Assembly (NCBI RefSeq): GCF_009914755.1
Contig: NC_060926.1
Length of the DNA: 64,000 nucleotides
DNA from: the human T2T-CHM13v2.0 reference genome, Homo sapiens
Direction: 5' to 3' (one strand)
Each line of letters opens with the position of its first letter. The stretch's first letter is position 1. The notes beneath the pieces are model-generated. The model was given only the letters and a program-made list of their open reading frames with translations. It was not told the DNA's origin and made no database searches. Below are positions 60,001 through 64,000 of this stretch, one piece after another. The position numbers and the translations under genes are program-made.

Positions 60001-61503
60001 TAAAATGCAAAATGGAAGTTTGAAGATTTTTAAACTAGTAGGATGACAAGCTCTAAGCGTGAAGATCCCTGCAATACAAGCCTGTCTGATCGCCACTGTA
60101 GATCCAGGACCTGACCCATAGCAGCAACACACAATAAACGTATTTTAAATTGAATAAATGAATGACTTCCACATGCAATGAACAAAATTAAAATAGAGGC
60201 TAGACATAATATCTGTGAGGAATGTATTAACATAGTATCTGTGAGGAAGGTATTAAACTCCTCAATGACTGAGGGAGCATGAGTTCAGGAAGTCAGATGG
60301 TCATAGGGAGAGAGCAGGAGAGTAATTCTCAAGCCAAAAAAGATGATGATGGAAGTGGCAATAAACCACATCTGGGCCCAATAATTCAAGGACTGTAATA
60401 GAAACCTCAATTCAAAAAGATAAGCCTGAGAAATAGGGGACCAGAGTGTACAATTTAACAGTGTGACAGGAAGGGATGAGATGCGAAGAACAGTCATGGT
60501 GGAGGAAGTGAAATGTAGACCACAGCTAGTAAACAGAAAGACTGGACCGCAGACTAAGTCTTCTAACTCCCAATTCAGGGTCACTGACAATTTCAACTCA
60601 TTTTTCCAGGAGACTAGGCTGACTACCCTGCTACATACAGAAGTGCCACATGATCTTTAACGACCCTCTACTACATCTTAAGACTTCACTTAGAGTTACA
60701 AAAACTTCAAACATTTCAGAGCATCATTTGCGCTGACTCACTGAATTTATCAATTACTATGGTTTGGCTTAGAGGACTAGTTTCTCATGTAATCAATCAT
60801 TCACTAACCACTCACACTATGCTAAATGCTGCATGGTTCAAAACGATGTCTGGCATAAGCTTTGGACAGGGACCACAACCTAACCTAGTTCAGGAGTGAA
60901 AAAAAAGGGGGGGGGGAGGAGAAGGAGGAGAAAGGGAGGAAAGGAAGGAAAAAAGAAAAACTAGATGTGTTTTTAGATGCACATTTAACGTACATATTAT
61001 AGAACATGCAAACCAAATGAGTGTTTATTCCTTCAATAAAGTTACAAGAGGTTACACACTTACTCTAAGGATTACATGTGAATCATATATGAACTTCTGT
61101 TTTTGAAGCCACCCCTCAAGAGCCAACAGGATTCTTTAAGTATCCCAGTGGTACTAAACCCATATCCTTTGAGAATGCTTTCTTAGAACGATTCACAAAC
61201 TGGCTCTGCAGGCTTTTCAAAACTTAAGTTCTAGAAGTTGTACAATAAAATGACAGGATCGCTAAAATAAGTGTATGGCATTCGATGTAACTGCTTGCAA
61301 AAACAACATCCAATTTTAATATTGGCCTAATCATGGCTAAATATTGGTATAATAATAGTTAACTATCTGCTAAGTTCTATTTTAAAGCTTTATTTTATTT
61401 ATCACACAACAAACCTGTAAGGTGGGTCTCATTAGCAGTCTCATTTTACACAGGGGAAAACTGAGGCTACAAGAAGTAACTTGTTAAAGGTTATGCAGCT
61501 AGA

Positions 61504-61833
<330 letters not shown>

Positions 61834-62099
61834 TCAAGCCCACACTCTTAACTACTATGCTTTCAGTCTCTTTACTTTTTAGTCACATCCCTATATTCAT
61901 ATGTTGAATACTCCAGTGCAAAAGTAAATGAAAATTCTCTACAGACTATTCATAGTTTTATTCTCCTAAGTAGTCAAAGAAATGCAAATTAAAGCATTAA
62001 AGTACTATTTTTTCACCTATAAAATTAAACATACATTATGCTGGGTAAGATACTGCTACACAGAAGTTAAACGGATACAACCTTGAGAAATATAATTAA

Positions 62100-62310
62100 T
62101 TCTTAAGAGTGCTCACTTTAGAGCCAGATTGCTTGGGTCAGAATCCTAGTTCTGCCACTTGGAAGAATACCTTAAGCAAATTATTTAGCCTCTCAAAGCC
62201 TCATTTGTAGAACAGATAATAGTAGTATTCAATAGAGTTTGCTCAAATGATTAAGTTTAGATATGCAGAGTACATGATAAGCATTTAGAAAGTGTTAGCT
62301 ATTATTATTA
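62100..62310 (+). mobile_element. MIR
   Basis: tttagagccagattgcttgggtcagaatcctagttctgccactt...aagcaaattatttagcctctc. Confidence 0.72.
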
Positions 62311-64000
62311 CCCTTATGGAGGTCAATTAGGTAATATATTTCAGTTATGTGCAGCCCAATAATTCCATAATCATAGATGGACTCAAATATTTATGTGTCT
62401 AAATAGTCATAGTTGCAATCTTTTTTAACAGAAAAAATATGGACTCCCTGGAATCAACCAAAATATTTGGCAATAGGGAAATGGTTAAGCAAACTGAAGT
62501 ATGATAGTCATTAAAAACTATGTTTTCAAAAATTTACAGTAAGAAATTTTTTAACAGCAGCATATACAATGATTATCTTACCTTAATTTTACTGTCTGTT
62601 CAGCCAACAATATGAAATTAAAATTCCAAAAACACATGAAAATGTTAATGTTGTTTGTTTCCAAGTGGTAGGATTACAGGTGATTTTTTTTATTTCCCTA
62701 CTTGTACATTTAGATAATTATCAATTTTTCTACCAGGAATATACATCATTGTTATAATTAGAAAAGCTACTAAAATAAATTCATTGCTTTAACAGACTAT
62801 GGTTGAATAGTTTTCACAAGACACTGATAGACTAATAACTAATTGTAATTCATGTGTTAACTCAGTGATTTGTTCTTACTAGTAATACCTTTACATTCTG
62901 TTGACCTTACAATGGGCTAACAAGAACTACTTTTAAAAAAAAGTTGCATTATTTAAAACTACAAATTGTCTAGTAACTTTTATATAAACCTAACAGGACT
63001 ACTAAAGACCATCCATGTACTCTGGAATGAAAATAACAAAAAATTCCCTTTAAAGTCCCCCAATGTATAATATAAAAAAAAGGCATACCACTTTTTCTAG
63101 CCTTAATCATATAATCTTCCTGAACTGGACAAATGCTTTCATCCCTTAACTTCATTTAATGAATGATGTACAAACAAATGAAGCATTCTCTAATTTGTTT
63201 GAATCAAGTTTGTGATTTATGTATTACTTAAAAAGCCAAATTTTTACATTATATTTCATATTACTTAAATAGTTTCTAATTCAATATTGGTACTAATAAT
63301 TTTCCAGGTTCCTCTGAACTGCTATCTAGAAAGACAAGACAAAATAAATACTTTGTTAATAACAACCGTATGCTTTTATTTTTCTAACTTCTAAAGTCAG
63401 AGTAGTACTAACAGCTATGACAATACTGGCTGTCCCAAAACTATAAACAGTATTAGTTTAAGTATAAGTAACACTTTAATGAATCTGTTTCACTTTGTTT
63501 CATAACATGAAAAATGAAAAGCAAATTTATAATTAATTCTCTGCTCAGTGTGATCTGCAAGACTACCATCCAGCTTTCCTCTATGTACCAGTCCAGGTAG
63601 TACTATGCCAACAACTACCTTCCCTAAGAAAGAGAAACCTACTATGAAGATGAAAGCTGTTCCCTCAAATCTGGCAAACATTTCTGTAGCTCGAAGAAAA
63701 GAAAAAAAAAAAAAGATTAACTGTACCCATCTGTCCTTAAGACTCTTCCTGTTCTTAAGTATATCACAAATGAACATAAAACTCCTTCACTAATGTGAGT
63801 CGCCCTGTATGTTCCAGCTAACAATCACTTCCAAACAGTTGCTGTCCATGCTACACAAGTGGAGTTCCTCTAGCATTAGGGAGTGGGCATTTTATCATAA
63901 CACTCTTTCTCCTGATGAGTTAGCAAGCTTTTATAAACTAACTGAAGCTACTTCCAGGACCCCAGGGTAGAGATCTTAAGAGCCTGATTACATTCTGGAG

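Noticed and set aside
61070-61260. Possible intronic snoRNA-like unique segment
   Set aside because: I could not identify convincing H/ACA or C/D boxes or hairpins by eye; an Infernal/Rfam search would be needed.

Overview
Primate (human or great-ape) AT-rich intronic DNA from CUL3 (cullin-3), transcribed on the minus strand. It holds two canonical coding exons: exon 2 at 41888-42085 (198 nt) and exon 3 at 19767-19880 (114 nt). A likely alternative first coding exon lies at 53908-53991 (MLRIHFF...PSRC). Canonical exon 1 and exon 4 are outside the window. The rest is intron filled with about 30 Alus, L1/L2/MIR relics, MaLR LTRs and Tigger/hAT DNA transposon fossils, including a ~2.2 kb Tigger2 with decayed transposase. 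The most interesting feature is the exon 2+3 block. It is 312 nt, phase 0 at every boundary, free of in-frame stops, starts with ATG, and is bracketed by oppositely oriented Alus. A back-spliced circle would be an endless ORF repeating most of the BTB-adaptor-binding surface of CUL3; that reading is inference. No prokaryotic system, CRISPR array or RNA gene is supported. Repeat subfamilies were called by eye and their boundaries are approximate.
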